From Flaccisagitta enflata (taxonomy: Eukaryota): DNA of 64,000 nucleotides. The position numbers and the translations under genes were made by a program. The stretch is taken from assembly GCA_965153355.1 (NCBI GenBank), contig OZ231126.1:15438001-15502000 (forward strand), in the 5' to 3' direction. Shown piece after piece: positions 15,536 through 29,597 of this stretch (position 1 is its first letter; each line of letters starts with the position of its first letter). Below the pieces are notes generated by a model that searched no databases, had not been told where the DNA came from, and worked only from the letters and a program-made list of their open reading frames with translations.

Positions 15536-16033
15536 TTGGGTGCTTCACATAGCAAAAGTTGGTTATTTCTCTTCACCTAATAATAAGTGGTTAATTTTAG
15601 GACTTAAGCTATTTTTCTTTTATTATTTGTCTTCTGTTTTTTAGCAAATTCATTTTGAGGACCTAATTTTCATAATACAGTGGAAGAAATCAATGTGCTG
15701 ACAATCTTTGAATTAGCTATTATTATTTCTTTCTTTATGAAATTGTTAATCTGCTTTTTAAGTAACCTCCTTAACAGTTTATGTTCTGACATTTTAGTCC
15801 ATTCTCTCATATACCGTGAATTTCTAAAACAAATAATAATCCATTTTGTAACAAAACTACACAGGATTTTACTGATTTCTTGGATTTTTGTGGGAACTTT
15901 GAGGCAAAAACAAAAACAGAAGGGAAAGGAATTTTGAAAAAAAGAAAATAGTCATCTTCTTAATTTTTGCTCCTCCATATTACTTAAGTAAGGTTAAGGG
16001 ATACTCCAAACTTTTGCTATGTGAAGCACCCAA
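15536..16033. mobile_element. MITE with 9-bp TSD (Mutator-like)
   Basis: TIR TTGGGTGCTTCACATAGCAAAAGTT / AACTTTTGCTATGTGAAGCACCCAA. Flanks GTTGGACAT (15527-15535) and GTCGGACAT (16034-16042). Confidence 0.75.
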
Positions 16034-16267
16034 GTCGGACATCTCAGCGATTTACGGACAAGGCTAACGGATACAGTATATGACGCAATTACTATAAATC
16101 ACAGAGATGTATGGGAGCCACAAAACATGCCATGTCCGCATTCAAATGAAAACAGAACCATACTTTTTTACTAAGGATATCATTCACAGAATTTTTGTTT
16201 CTCAGAATTCTTTTCCGCCATTTTGCATGAAATAGAAGGCGAAATTTTACTCCACAGTTTCAGATCA

Positions 16268-16984
16268 TTAGTCACGGACACGCGACCCTATACCTTGGTC
16301 TGTCGTTCGGTCCGTCCATCCGTAACATTTTTGAAATGCGGGCGGTTCTCGCGCTACTGCCCCTGCCGAACCGTCCGCGACTGTCCAGTCTTGTATCCGG
16401 CCTTGTTTTCATTGTAGCTTATATGATTATCTTTACTAAATAACTCATGATTCAAGATCAACTTAAATTCATGACCAACTCTTGGTTCTGGGACGTGGTG
16501 GACGTAGTGGGCCTCCCATACATCGATGGCGTTAATAAAAACAAGGCCAGAGTCGCGTGCGGGTGGGCAGGGGCCATATTTGAGGTCACCGGACCATCTG
16601 GGCAGGAGCAGTGAGGTCAAAGAAATAAAATCACAAAAAAAGTGTGACCAACCAACTGACCAACCGACCGACCGACCGACCGACCGACCGACCGACCGAC
16701 GGACAAAGCGGGTTGTAGTGTCGCGTGCACGCGACTAAAAACGAGGATTTGAAGCGAATATACTTAACATGGAAAAAGAATCAAAAGATGAAAATCAGCT
16801 GGTTTTCGAAACAGTGGTTTTCTTGGGATACATTGACCTTTTTTTCCCGTGCTTGGAAAAAATGTTTTACATCCGCGTGTGTCGTCTCGTTCGTTTTCGT
16901 TAATTGTTTTAAATCTATTTTAAAGTTTTCTTGTCATTTACAAGAATCGGCTGTCCTTGATTCTCTCCTCTTCTTCAGTTCATC

Positions 16985-17070
<86 letters not shown>

Positions 17071-17824
17071 AACCTAATCTTTTCTTGAGCAGCGTCCCTG
17101 GTGGAGCTAATGACCAACAATTCCTCACAGGCGACATACTTCACAAAGCAGGAATATGCAGGAACCAAGGAGCAATGAAAGCCGCGTTATCTACGGAAGC
17201 TAGAGCATAATGTTTTTATTTGTCGTCTTTTGAGTTTTGACCATGCCATCCATTTGAGAGTGATTTATCCGGTCGTTTCCATGGTATTCTGCGCCTTGAT
17301 CTTTAGTCGCGTGCACGCGACTCTATGACCCGCTCTTTCCGTCGGTCGGACGGTCAGGGCGTCAAGCTTAGTTTTTTTTTTTCGTTTTACGTCATTTTAA
17401 GTCATTAAATGTCATTTTAAGTCATTTCAAGTTATTCAAAGACAATTTACATTTAAATAGTCTTTTAGTCTTTTAGTCTTTTAGTCTTCCAGTCTTTTGG
17501 TCTTATGGTCTTAACAACCGCACGCGACTGTAAGGTGTTGGCCTTGTTCTATAGGAACATTGCTCTCCCATGCGTTTTTAAGAAAACTGTGATTAGAAAA
17601 GTCTGCTGAAAAAAAAGAAAGAAAAAGAGCGCGTAAAAAGCTTACCGAAAGAACCGTCAAAGATCATTTGCCATTTCTAGTCGCGGACACGCGACTCTAG
17701 AACTTGCCGTGTCGGTCGGTAGGTCGGTACGTTGGTACGAAATATTGTTAAATTGCGAGCGGTTTTCGCATTACGGCTCCTGCCCAACCGTCCGCGACTG
17801 TATTGCCGTGTATCCGGCCTTGTT
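16268..17824. mobile_element. Cluster of four family-1 HINE-like elements (about 16268-16407 +, 16540-16740 -, 17301-17548 +, 17674-17824 +)
   Basis: Each has the AGTCRCG..CGCGAC 5' palindrome and GGCCTTGTT end. The 17301 copy has internal AAGTCATTTT repeats. Confidence 0.7.
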
Positions 17825-18097
17825 TCTTTTGTTTGAAGAACCGCATTTGTGAAAGTGTAGGGTAATACCCCTAAGCCTAAGCTCTTGCAGTGAAACGATC
17901 TTTTGCTCATGAAACTATCACAGCTAGATCTTGATGCGTGAAAATGTTTCTGTGCGTCTTGTCATCCATACATTTGAATTTCTGCCTTTTTTGTTTCCTC
18001 TATGTCATCTATTCTGCTTCCCAGTCTGTCATATGCTTTCATTTACTTTGACTATGTACCATCTTGGCCATAAATATAAGCACAGCTTTAAAGTGTC

Positions 18098-18940
18098 ATG
18101 ATAGGTGGAACAACATCCCTCACTATACCCAAACTGAAATAAATGGAAGAGGGCCTTGTGAGCCCTCACTGACTAGTTACTACGCGCATCACTCCTAGTT
18201 TTCCATAAAACAGAATTTGATAAACATTTCCTCTCACTCTAACCCAAAAGAAAACTCCTCACCAAAATAGTTAAGGGCCAATGTCTGCTACCTTTGTTAC
18301 CAGAATTCAACAAATCACCCGAGGGTAACATTGTTAAGAAACCATACCCTTAAAGGATAGAATCGAGGTCAAGCTTACTGCGACCGCCGGACATTCCAAT
18401 CCAAGGTACTGAGTAGTATGATAGGTGGAACAACATCCCTCACTATACCCAAACTGAAATAAATGGAAGAGGGCCTTGTGAGCCCTCACTGACTAGTTAC
18501 TACGCGCATCACTCCTAGTTTTCCATAAAACAGAATTTGATAAACATTTCCTCTCACTCTAACCCAAAAGAAAACTCCTCACCAAAATAGTTAAGGGCCA
18601 ATGTCTGCTACCTTTGTTACCAGAATTCAACAAATCACCCGAGGGTAACATTGTTAAGAAACCATACCCTTAAAGGATAGAATCGAGGTCAAGCTTACTG
18701 CGACCGCCGGACATTCCAATCCAAGGTACTGAGTAGTATGATAGGTGGAACAACATCCCTCACTATACCCAAACTGAAATAAATGGAAGAGGGCCTTGTG
18801 AGCCCTCACTGACTAGTTACTACGCGCATCACTCCTAGTTTTCCATAAAACAGAATTTGATAAACATTTCCTCTCACTCTAACCCAAAAGAAAACTCCTC
18901 ACCAAAATAGTTAAGGGCCAATGTCTGCTACCTTTGTTAC
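18098..18940 (-). repeat. Tandem array, 320-bp unit, about 2.6 apparently identical copies, each with a twister-like ribozyme on the - strand
   Basis: ATGATAGGTGGAAC recurs at 18098, 18418 and 18738. Confidence 0.95.
18143..18206 (-). ncRNA. Type-P5 twister-like self-cleaving ribozyme (further copies at 18463-18526 and 18783-18846)
   Basis: - strand reads ATGGAA(P5) AA CTAG(P2') GA GTG(T1') ATGCGCGTAG(P1) TAA CTAG(P2) TC(T2) AGT GAGGG(P4) CT CAC(T1) AA GG(T2') CCCTC(P4') TTCCAT(P5'). Predicted U^A cut between 18179 and 18178. L4 has one extra C versus the usual 8 nt. Confidence 0.7.
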
Positions 18941-19853
18941 TCGCTCAATTTTAATCGCAGAGAGCTGATTTTTTTTCTTCAAAATTTGCATCTTCGAAAA
19001 ATCTATCAAATGAGACCAAGCCGGTTCCTGTATCTTTATTCGTTTAGAAATGACAGTAAAATGAATCAAACATTTGCCTTTTGCAAGTGTGGTTGGGCAG
19101 ATCTTTCTTAGTTTATGGAGAATGGTGCACTGGCACACTGCGCCAAACATACTGAAAGATCGACGAGTTAAGCTCGTCTAGGGTTAGCCCACATCAATTC
19201 GGATCTCAATCCAATTGAGAGTTCAAAGATTCAAGCGAAAAACCTGCAGAAACAGGGAAAAATAACATGCAGAGCAGGGCTGAAATGAATCCCATAAACG
19301 GTTTAAAACAACATCACTTCCAAGGACCTCCAGTGTCTCTACGTGTCAATGCGAAAGTGAATGCAGGCGGTGGTGGATGCCCATCATGGTCATACTAAAT
19401 ATTAGATGCAGTCTGATGTATTTGCTGCTCACTTCAAGTCAATAAATCAACTTACACACCCACTGTGCTTATGGCCAAGATGGTATTTCTCTTTCGCCTC
19501 CTTGTTTTGCCTGATTTTTCGGTTTGTCATCAACATTAGCTCTCGCTTTTAGTAATAAGGTCTGTTCGTTTGCATCTCAATCGATCTGTCTAACTGTAAC
19601 TGTCTATGTCATTGTCTGTCAATCCATCTGTCTGCCTGTTCGTCGATCTCATTTTCCCTCTTCCTCTTCCCTCCAGCCTCATATTTGGAAATCCCGCTCG
19701 GAAATTGCGTCATTTATTCATGGAAATAAACACAAATACTCAAATTCGCACGATCATATTGGGGCAAAATATTCAACGCCAAGCTTTATTTGTAGTAGAA
19801 GAGAAAGACTCCTTTTTTCTCCTATTTCTTTCTCTTTTTCATTGATTCTTTCT

Positions 19854-21560
<1,707 letters not shown>

Positions 21561-22210
21561 CTTTCCCTTCTTGTCTTTCTATTACCAAGATGGGTTCCCA
21601 GGAGACCCCACATAAGGTTTTCCGACATGCTCCCAATCCTTGTTGACGTGTGGAGTCTCCTTCTTGCGGCAAACTTATTTGTCAGAGGTTTTTTTCTTGC
21701 AAAAGCGCATCCATCCGTCTGTCTATCCGTCCATCTATCTGTCCAGTGTTCATCCATCCATCTACCCATTTGTCTATCCACTTGTTCTTCCGTCCAACCG
21801 TCCGACCAGAGATCGTTCTCTGCAGCTCACATTCGCGAGCTGTTCAAATATAAGAGAGTTATGAATTAGAAGAAAGTGATAGGGATAACAAACTGTGTTC
21901 CAGCGTTAATTATTTCAGCATGAATGATAAATAGAATTCCGTATTTAGGGTCACGTGGCTTGCGCGTGCCTTTTGCAAAAAAAGGAGGATTGTTCTCAAA
22001 AACACATTATAAGTCACGGAAACTACGTTACTTATTATCGCCAAAACTCTAAGTGTATTCTTAGCGAAGTATAAGATGAGCTTTATTGATAAGCTTTTAC
22101 CGCAATATGCAAATTAGCAATAGCGCCATCTGAAATGCTCACTTTATTAACATTAGCCTTTTCCAACACTGCTCCTGCCCACCAGAACCTGACTTGGGCT
22201 GCCGTGTTTG

Positions 22211-22554
22211 TTTTTTAGTCGCGAACACGCGACTCTATAAACCACTTTTTGGTCCGTCGGTCCGTCCGTCGGTCCGTCGGTCCGTAACAAAGTCCTTTTT
22301 TTAAGGTTTTCCGCTCCTGCCCACCCGTCCGCGACTAATGCCGCCGTGTATACGGCCTTGTTATGATCAAAATGCCCAGATTCAAGGCCAAATTGATTAA
22401 CTAAGGCCAAATTTTTAGTCGCGGACACGCTACTCTAGAACTTGCCGAGTCGGTAGGTCGGTAGGTAAGAAATATTGTTAAATTGCGAGCGGTTTTCGCA
22501 TTATGGTTCCTGCCCAACCGTCCGCGACTGTATTGCCGAGTATCCGGCCTTGTT
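22211..22554 (+). mobile_element. Two family-1 HINE-like elements (about 22211-22362 and 22412-22554)
   Basis: Typical termini. The second closely matches 17674-17824. Confidence 0.75.
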
Positions 22555-23341
22555 TCAGTCGCGTTTAAGGAAACGTCGCAATGAAACAGACCGACGATCT
22601 GGCCAAGTTAAAGAGGCTTACTTGTAAGTTACAATGATACAACTCGTCAGTGTTATAGTGTTATAAGTGTTATAAGTTGTTGTGACTCGGATGAGTTGCG
22701 CTATTATAACTGCGGGTGAAAGGGCGTTGCAGTACAAATGCAAATGAAGAAGCGGGGGTTTAAAAAAAAGGCAAAAGGGGATAAAAATGCGGATCGATAT
22801 TTCGTGTGTCGAATTTTTACCTCCCACCTTTGAAATGTGTCCATTTGTGAGGCTAAAGGAGGAGTTTAAATGACGATAAATAAGGCTAAGTATGAAATTT
22901 ATGATTTGCCCGATTCGACCTCGGCTCTGCTCCGCTGCACTTTTTTTTTCACTCTCAACCTTCGTCTCACAACTCCTTCTTCAATCTCTTGTTCATTTTG
23001 CGTGCCCGTAAACTTGTTTCGGTTTTGTTTTGTTTTGTTTTGTTTTGTTTTGTTTTGTTTTGTTTTGTTTTGTTTTGTTTTGTTTTGTTTTGTTTTGTTT
23101 TGTTTTGTTTTGTTTTCAAAGAGACACACATATCTATGACTTGTAGAAAAGGGACGTTAACTTTCAATATGTCAAAATCTTAAGAACATTCTGACTGATT
23201 CGTGACACTCATTCAAACGAGATAAAAAATTCGGGTTGGGCCTTTTTTTCACACCTGCGTGAAAAGGAAACGACGGGCAAAAGATGTGACAAATGTAATC
23301 ACCATAGTAGTCAAATGCTGGTATCGGAAATCTCATGTCCC

Positions 23342-23402
<61 letters not shown>

Positions 23403-24889
23403 CTGACGCGAGGGTCAATAACCTAATCCTATGTCAATTTTCCGGGTAATTTATCCTAATGAATAATTGAACAAGCCCGACCGGGCAAAGATGCGTCCTG
23501 ACCGTGTTTCTGCGTTTCTAGTCACAGACAATCGCGTTTTTAACGAGTCTCTCGGTCGCTCGCTACGTATGTTCGCTCGCACCGCTCACTTCGCTTACTC
23601 ACTATGCATCGTTAGGTTTGTTTCGCTCGCTCGCTCCAATCAAGGGCTTGCTCACTCACTTCGCTCACTCCCTCGTGGGGCAGTCAATATTCATGAATAT
23701 GTGTTTGAGCTGAAAATGTGTTTCACACGAAGAAACGCGTTTTTTTTTTGTCACTAGAAACACACCCAGGGAGATCGGAGATCACCAGACATCGTGAGAA
23801 AGCTAAACTCATTAATTCATAATCATTTGAATGAACGGAAAAGGGGCAAAAGGAGCAAAGCATCGATGAGACAAACCCTTCTGCACGGCACGAAGATGTC
23901 CAGAATGGTTGGATTGTCATTGCGGATTGTCTCTTTACTCTGGCGATGAATTGATGGGAAAGTGAGTAAGTTGAATGGAAAGTGGTAGTTTAGATTGACC
24001 GTCATGTAACATACGTTGTCCAACTTTCATATCTTAGTTGCTGCTTCGAAGTTAGCTCAGATCCCGTTAATTCTGATCAAATTTGTCTACACTATACACA
24101 AACAAACCAAAGCCATAAATCTGGAATACTTACAGTAGATGTGTGCTGTTAACACTTGCTTATGTAAGGTCCAAAGTACAGTATTAAAGTCTAAATTCGT
24201 ATTGGATGGCATGATCTTTGAAGCCGTATCGGGTAGGCCTCTGAAGATAAAAACAAGGCCGGATACACGGCTACCGAAGTCGCGTGCGGGTGGGCAGGGG
24301 CCTTATTTGAGGTCACTACACCATTTGGGCAGGAGAAGTCTTTGTATCTCTCTTGTACCTCCGTCTTCAGATCAATTTTTGCCTATGGATTTTATGTCCA
24401 TTTTCAGTACGGAAAAAAAATCGGATTTAACGAGCTTCCTGATTGTTGAATCCATTTCGATTTCCATCATCACAGATTTGCCGTTTGTCCTTTTGTCTTA
24501 TCGCCAGATTTACCTGAATAATCGTTCATCTGCCTTCTCTTCGTGAACACGGTCTCACAAGCTTGTTGACCGGAGTACGTGCGCACTCCATATTGATTCT
24601 GTGAGTTTTTCACCTCGAAAACGTTCAAGATGTGGTTTTTACTAAAACTTTGTTAGCGAAAAAAATCGATAAAGAGATAGAATCATTGTCAGGATTCAAG
24701 AATCAGTGAATTATTGAAAATTTGTTAATGCTGACACGGATCGACGCACCATCTCATAAAGTTGCGTACCCGCGACATGTGAATTGAGTGGTAGGCACGA
24801 TCTCAGTCGCGTCCGTCTCTTGATGCCCGGTTTAGTGGACCGATGCATGTCCAAACTGTCAACAGCTGTCACGGACAATTTGACCGCAT

Positions 24890-25058
<169 letters not shown>

Positions 25059-25271
25059 AAGGTGGATATATCGACCCATGGCAGTGCCATATGCGCGTTG
25101 GTCATTTCTTTTTCTCATCATCCCAGATAAAGCTACGCCTTAGAAACGCCATGGCAACCATTTGGACACAATGCGTACAACACCATCGCCCGGATCAGGG
25201 AAGAAGAAAAGCATGGCAGCAGCCGACATTAACAGTCCCATGCATTCTTTGGATTGTCGTTTCACACGTTT

Positions 25272-25783
25272 TTGGGCAGCGGCCCCGAAGAAGACGAAGT
25301 CCTGTAGAACACAGGGGACTTTTGTTCGTTCATTTGTTTGTCTGTTTGTCCCCCCCAGGCCCTCTCAGGCCTGAATTCTGTCCTCTCAGGCCTAAGATCT
25401 GCCTTCTCAGGCCTGAAATCTGCCCTCTCAGGCCTTGAATCTGCCCTCTTAGGCCTGAAATTTATCCTTTCAGGCCTGAAACCTGTCCTCTCAGGCCTTG
25501 AATCTGCCATCTCAGCCTTAAAATCTGCCCTCTCAGATTCAAGGCCTTAGAGGGCAGATTACAGGCCTGAGAAGGCAGATTTTAGGCCTAAGAGGACAGA
25601 TTGCAGGCCTGCGAGGGTCGGGGGGGGCGGACGGATGGACGGACGGACGGATGAACAAAAGTCCCCTGTGTTCTACAGGACTTTGTCCCCTTCGGGGCCG
25701 CTGCCCTGACTCTCATTCCGATTTTTAACCATGCAAAGCAGGGCAACGGGTATCGCTGACCCTTGGGCCCTTGGGCGACCTGT

Positions 25784-25784
<1 letters not shown>
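25272..25784 (+). mobile_element. HINE-like element, family 2, with internal about 21-bp minisatellite
   Basis: T-run then GGGCAGCGGCCCCGAAG...CCTGTAGAACACAGGGG. Inverted copy CCCCTGTGTTCTACAGG...GGGGCCGCTGCCC lies subterminally, followed by the tail GCAGGGCAACGGGTATCGCTGACC. Internal (AGGCCTGAAATCTGCCCTCTC)n. Confidence 0.75.
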
Positions 25785-25867
<83 letters not shown>

Positions 25868-25891
25868 ATTGTCGTTTCACATGTTTTTGTA

Positions 25892-26007
<116 letters not shown>

Positions 26008-26399
26008 CTCATTGTCCTTTTCATTCTCACATAAACAAACACCTCAAATCACACACACACGTAGCCACACCGCGGGAACGGAAATTGATCACAAAGTGAT
26101 CGTTTGACCGATGGCAAACCGAAGGATTTTTTTTTCTGTCAGTGAGGATTTCGGTCGCACGATGTCAGTTAATACGTTCATCATATTTTCCGTGCTCTGG
26201 TATGTGCGCGTCCATAACGTGTAGATTCGCAGCTCATAATTTGGGGTTTGTGACTTGTGGCTTGTATGATTGGTCCATCATAAGAATTTTGGGCCTCGAG
26301 GCTGGGATCTGGAACTTTGCGGCCGGATAATTCGGCCAGTGCTGGTGAGGTCACGGGTATTCTTGGTTATTTGCAATCCAAATCTCGTTTCTTTCTCTT

Positions 26400-26730
26400 T
26401 CTTTTTAGGTGCGACAAAACACCTCTATAATTGGCTGTGTCGGTTGGTCGGTCGGTCGGGTAATGCCTTCGTTCGACGATCCACACGTCGCATCTTGTTG
26501 GCCTACTTGGCCTTGTTTTTGTTGCGGACACGCAACTCTTAAAGAGGCTTTGCCCGTCCGTCCGTCCGTCCGTCCGTTGGTCTGTCTGTGATGATTGAGT
26601 TGAAAACCGGAAAAAAACACTTTAGAAACTTTATGTTTACGTATCTATGTGGTGTGGGGGTTGGGGTGTGGATGGGGGTTGGATGCCCCTGCCCACACGT
26701 CCACAACGATATTGTGACCCCGCGTCACTC
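26400..26730 (+). mobile_element. Two abutting HINE-like elements (family-1 variants)
   Basis: 5' palindromes AGGTG..CACCT and GTTGCG..CGCAAC, GTCY tracts, and 3' ends matching 14460 and 4050. Confidence 0.6.
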
Positions 26731-26866
26731 TTTTCTTCTCATTTTTCGCCATTAGACAAGTTTTACGAAGATTTTGCTGGGATAGAAGTTTTTAAAGAAA
26801 TAAAGAACCGCGAAATTTTTGACAGTTTTCGGTAAATGCAGCGTCAAAAGACAGAAATACATCAAA

Positions 26867-26960
<94 letters not shown>

Positions 26961-27395
26961 AGAAAGAGAAAGAGAAAGAGAAAGAGAAAGAGAGAAAGAG
27001 AGATGTTGATGTAAAGAAAAGAGAGAGAAAGAGAAAGAGAATCAAACAAAATTCTTGCCTGCAAAAAGTTAAGAAAGAATTCCTGTTTCAATTCCAAAGA
27101 TCAAACTATGATATGAAGGATTTTGTGGGCTTCCAAGAAAATCTTTTGTTTGATGCGGATCTTTTGTTTTTAAGGCAGAGATTTAAGCCTCGTCCGCATA
27201 CCACGTCGAGTCGCTTTGATCGAAACAGAGAAGGGAAAAAAATATTTTAATTTATTCCGTCTCCGCTTAATTCTGCGACGGAAGTGTCTGTGTGTGTGTG
27301 TGTGAGTGTGTGTGTGAGTGTGTGTGTGGATGCAAGACAGTCTCGCCGCCACAGGAATAAAAAAATGTGATGGGATCATTTCTTTTTTTCGTGTT

Positions 27396-27426
<31 letters not shown>

Positions 27427-27587
27427 GTATTTTCATTTCGATGGAGGTATGTCAGCGTTTCATCATCAATAACCGCTCCTACATTATGTTTCATTGTGGA
27501 GAATACAAATATAGTTTGAATTAAAAAAAAACTATCAAAATGCCCAACCAAGGAGCGGATGTAAACACATTCTAGTTCTTAGAGAGA

Positions 27588-27651
<64 letters not shown>

Positions 27652-27851
27652 GAGAAAGAGGAAGAAGAAAGAACATCTAGAGTAAGGCAAATTGTTTTTT
27701 GATGTCCAGTGAGTCGAAAGAGGAAGCGGAGGGCTCTATCAAAACAAACTCACCTATTCATCTTAAACTTCGGCGTCCTTGTCTCAAGAAAAGGGGTTCT
27801 TTTGGATGCACTGTTGTCGACGGCGCTCAGAAGAAAATGCTGAAACACACA

Positions 27852-27957
<106 letters not shown>

Positions 27958-28893
27958 TTGATTCAATCAAATGGTCAGATGAAACGATCAAACTTCTTAT
28001 ACCTCTACAGTCTTCAATACACATCCTACTTACATCTTACCATCTACGATGATGATCAAATTTCATCCATTAATGGGTGATTGGAATGTTTATGTGATGA
28101 GATCTATCTTAAATAGCATGCATCCTTACTAGCATCAATAAACGTCGGTCAAACCAGGACACTGATTCGGCTTGTCACCTTTTTGCCAGTTAACTAGTTA
28201 GTAAACAGTGCTTTTTCTATCCACCTAATTTCTGAGACATTTGCATTTAATCAACATTAATGTGCACATAACATTTAGTATCTCAGGCGTAGGAACACGT
28301 GACCCAGAGGAACACGATTGACGCCCTTTAAATAATAGTTGAGATTGCCTTAACAACAGCTAAAGGTTTGAGCGGGGAGGATGCCGATTTTTCAATTTTT
28401 ATACTTTCTCTAAAATGTATGTAGAGATGTTAGTTGATAACCATCCATGCCTTAGCATTTGGTAAAAAGCCAGCAGTAAAGATATTGAGGTTCTTAGTTT
28501 GTCCCAGTATCGTTAATCACTTGAACTATAAATCCTTCCCTTTGTGTTGCAGGATAAACATACAGATATCAATTTCTACTTGATAAACTGCAAAATGCAA
28601 GGTACACATGGACGCAAAATACAGCGTGATGAGGCGCCAAAAGCCAAAAAAAATTTAGCACCCCCCACTACAGCCATATTGGCTGATTGAAAATTCTCAT
28701 AGAAAGTCATTTTGAGAAACTTAGGGGAATACAAATGGCGTCATTGGAGCGATTTTCGAGATTGTAATTAAAACCTTGAAATTTATCACTTTTACTCATA
28801 AAATACACACTCAAAGCCAGTCACAGACTGGGGTATCTGCTAGGACACCAATGAAGTATCCAATGGAACAAATCATCAGCCTCTAGTAAGTCA

Positions 28894-28973
28894 GCCTTCA
28901 TGGTCTAATGGTTAGAACACTTGCCTTCAGAAATGAGGGTCAAGGGTTTGAATCCAGGATGGGCATGAAGGTA
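28894..28973 (+). promoter_or_regulatory. tRNA-derived internal Pol III promoter (SINE-like head), present in every 298-bp unit
   Basis: A-box TGGTCTAATGG and B-box GGTTCGAATCC (GGTTTGAATCC in this copy) at tRNA spacing. GCCTTCA/TGAAGGT can form an acceptor-like stem. Anticodon and T stems are degenerate. Confidence 0.8.
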
Positions 28974-28974
28974 A

Positions 28975-29032
28975 CACAGGAGTTTGAGGGAGCGCTTAAA
29001 ACGCTGAGTCGGTCCCAAGCCCGACAACTGTG
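28975..29032 (+). ncRNA. Type-P5 twister-like self-cleaving ribozyme (9 copies starting at 28975, 29273, 32959, 33257, 33555, 33853, 34151, 34449, 34747)
   Basis: CACAG(P5) GA GTTT(P2') GA GGG(T1') AGCGCT(P1) TAA AAC(P2) GC(T2) TGA GTCGG(P4) T CCC(T1) AA GC(T2') CCGAC(P4') AA CTGTG(P5'). The GGUCCCAAGCCC core is the canonical twister P4/L4. Predicted cut between 28997 and 28998. P2 is one nt short. Confidence 0.82.
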
Positions 29033-29597
29033 GTGACTTACTATGCTGATGTAAAACAAATTGTATATCTCTGCTCATCGCATTCATTAAATGGTTCCTA
29101 CGTCAGACTCAAAGCCAGTCACAGACTGGGGTATCTGCTAGGACACCAAAAAAGTATCCAATGGAACAAATCATCAGCCTCTAGTAAGTCAGCCTTCATG
29201 GTCTAATGGTTAGAACACTTGCCTTCAGAAATGAGGGTCAAGGGTTCGAATCCAGGATGGGCATGAAGGTAACACAGGAGTTTGAGGGAGCGCTTAAAAC
29301 GCTGAGTTGGTCCCAAGCCCGACAACTGTGGTGACTTACTATTACGTTGATTCGGCGATTTGAATTCTTGGATTCTGTCATGTATCAAATGCTCTATCGG
29401 TCAGACATGACACACTGAGTTGAATTTACAAATCTTGCAGCCTTTTCATGACGGAACCCTCTGTCGCGGAGAAACCAATGCAGTGTTTGAGATTATGCAA
29501 TGTTTTTCTTACTCCTGAGTTTTCTCATTCTTCCAACTGTTTGACACTTGTGCCGCGTTGGTGAGAGACATCATCTTTTAGTATATCACTCACATAT

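Larger units (their letters stand above)
28809..29342 (+). repeat. 298-bp tandem array, block 1 (about 1.8 units)
   Basis: ACTCAAAGCCAGTCACAG recurs at 298-bp spacing and continues in register at 32731. Confidence 0.95.

Noticed and set aside
23510-23765. Element with GTTTCTAGTCACA / TGTCACTAGAAAC inverted ends and CGCTCG repeats
   Set aside because: Probably another non-autonomous element, but it is a single copy with undefined boundaries and no TSD, so it was not classified.
28894-28973. Functional tRNA gene (TTC or TCA anticodon) in each 298-bp unit
   Set aside because: Anticodon and T stems do not pair properly, there are extra bases before the 3' acceptor strand, and there is no terminator. 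Treated as a tRNA-derived promoter.
28905-29087. Repeated 60-aa minus-strand ORF MNAMSRDIQF...
   Set aside because: It is antisense to the promoter/ribozyme unit, has no recognisable domain, and recurs only because the DNA is repeated.
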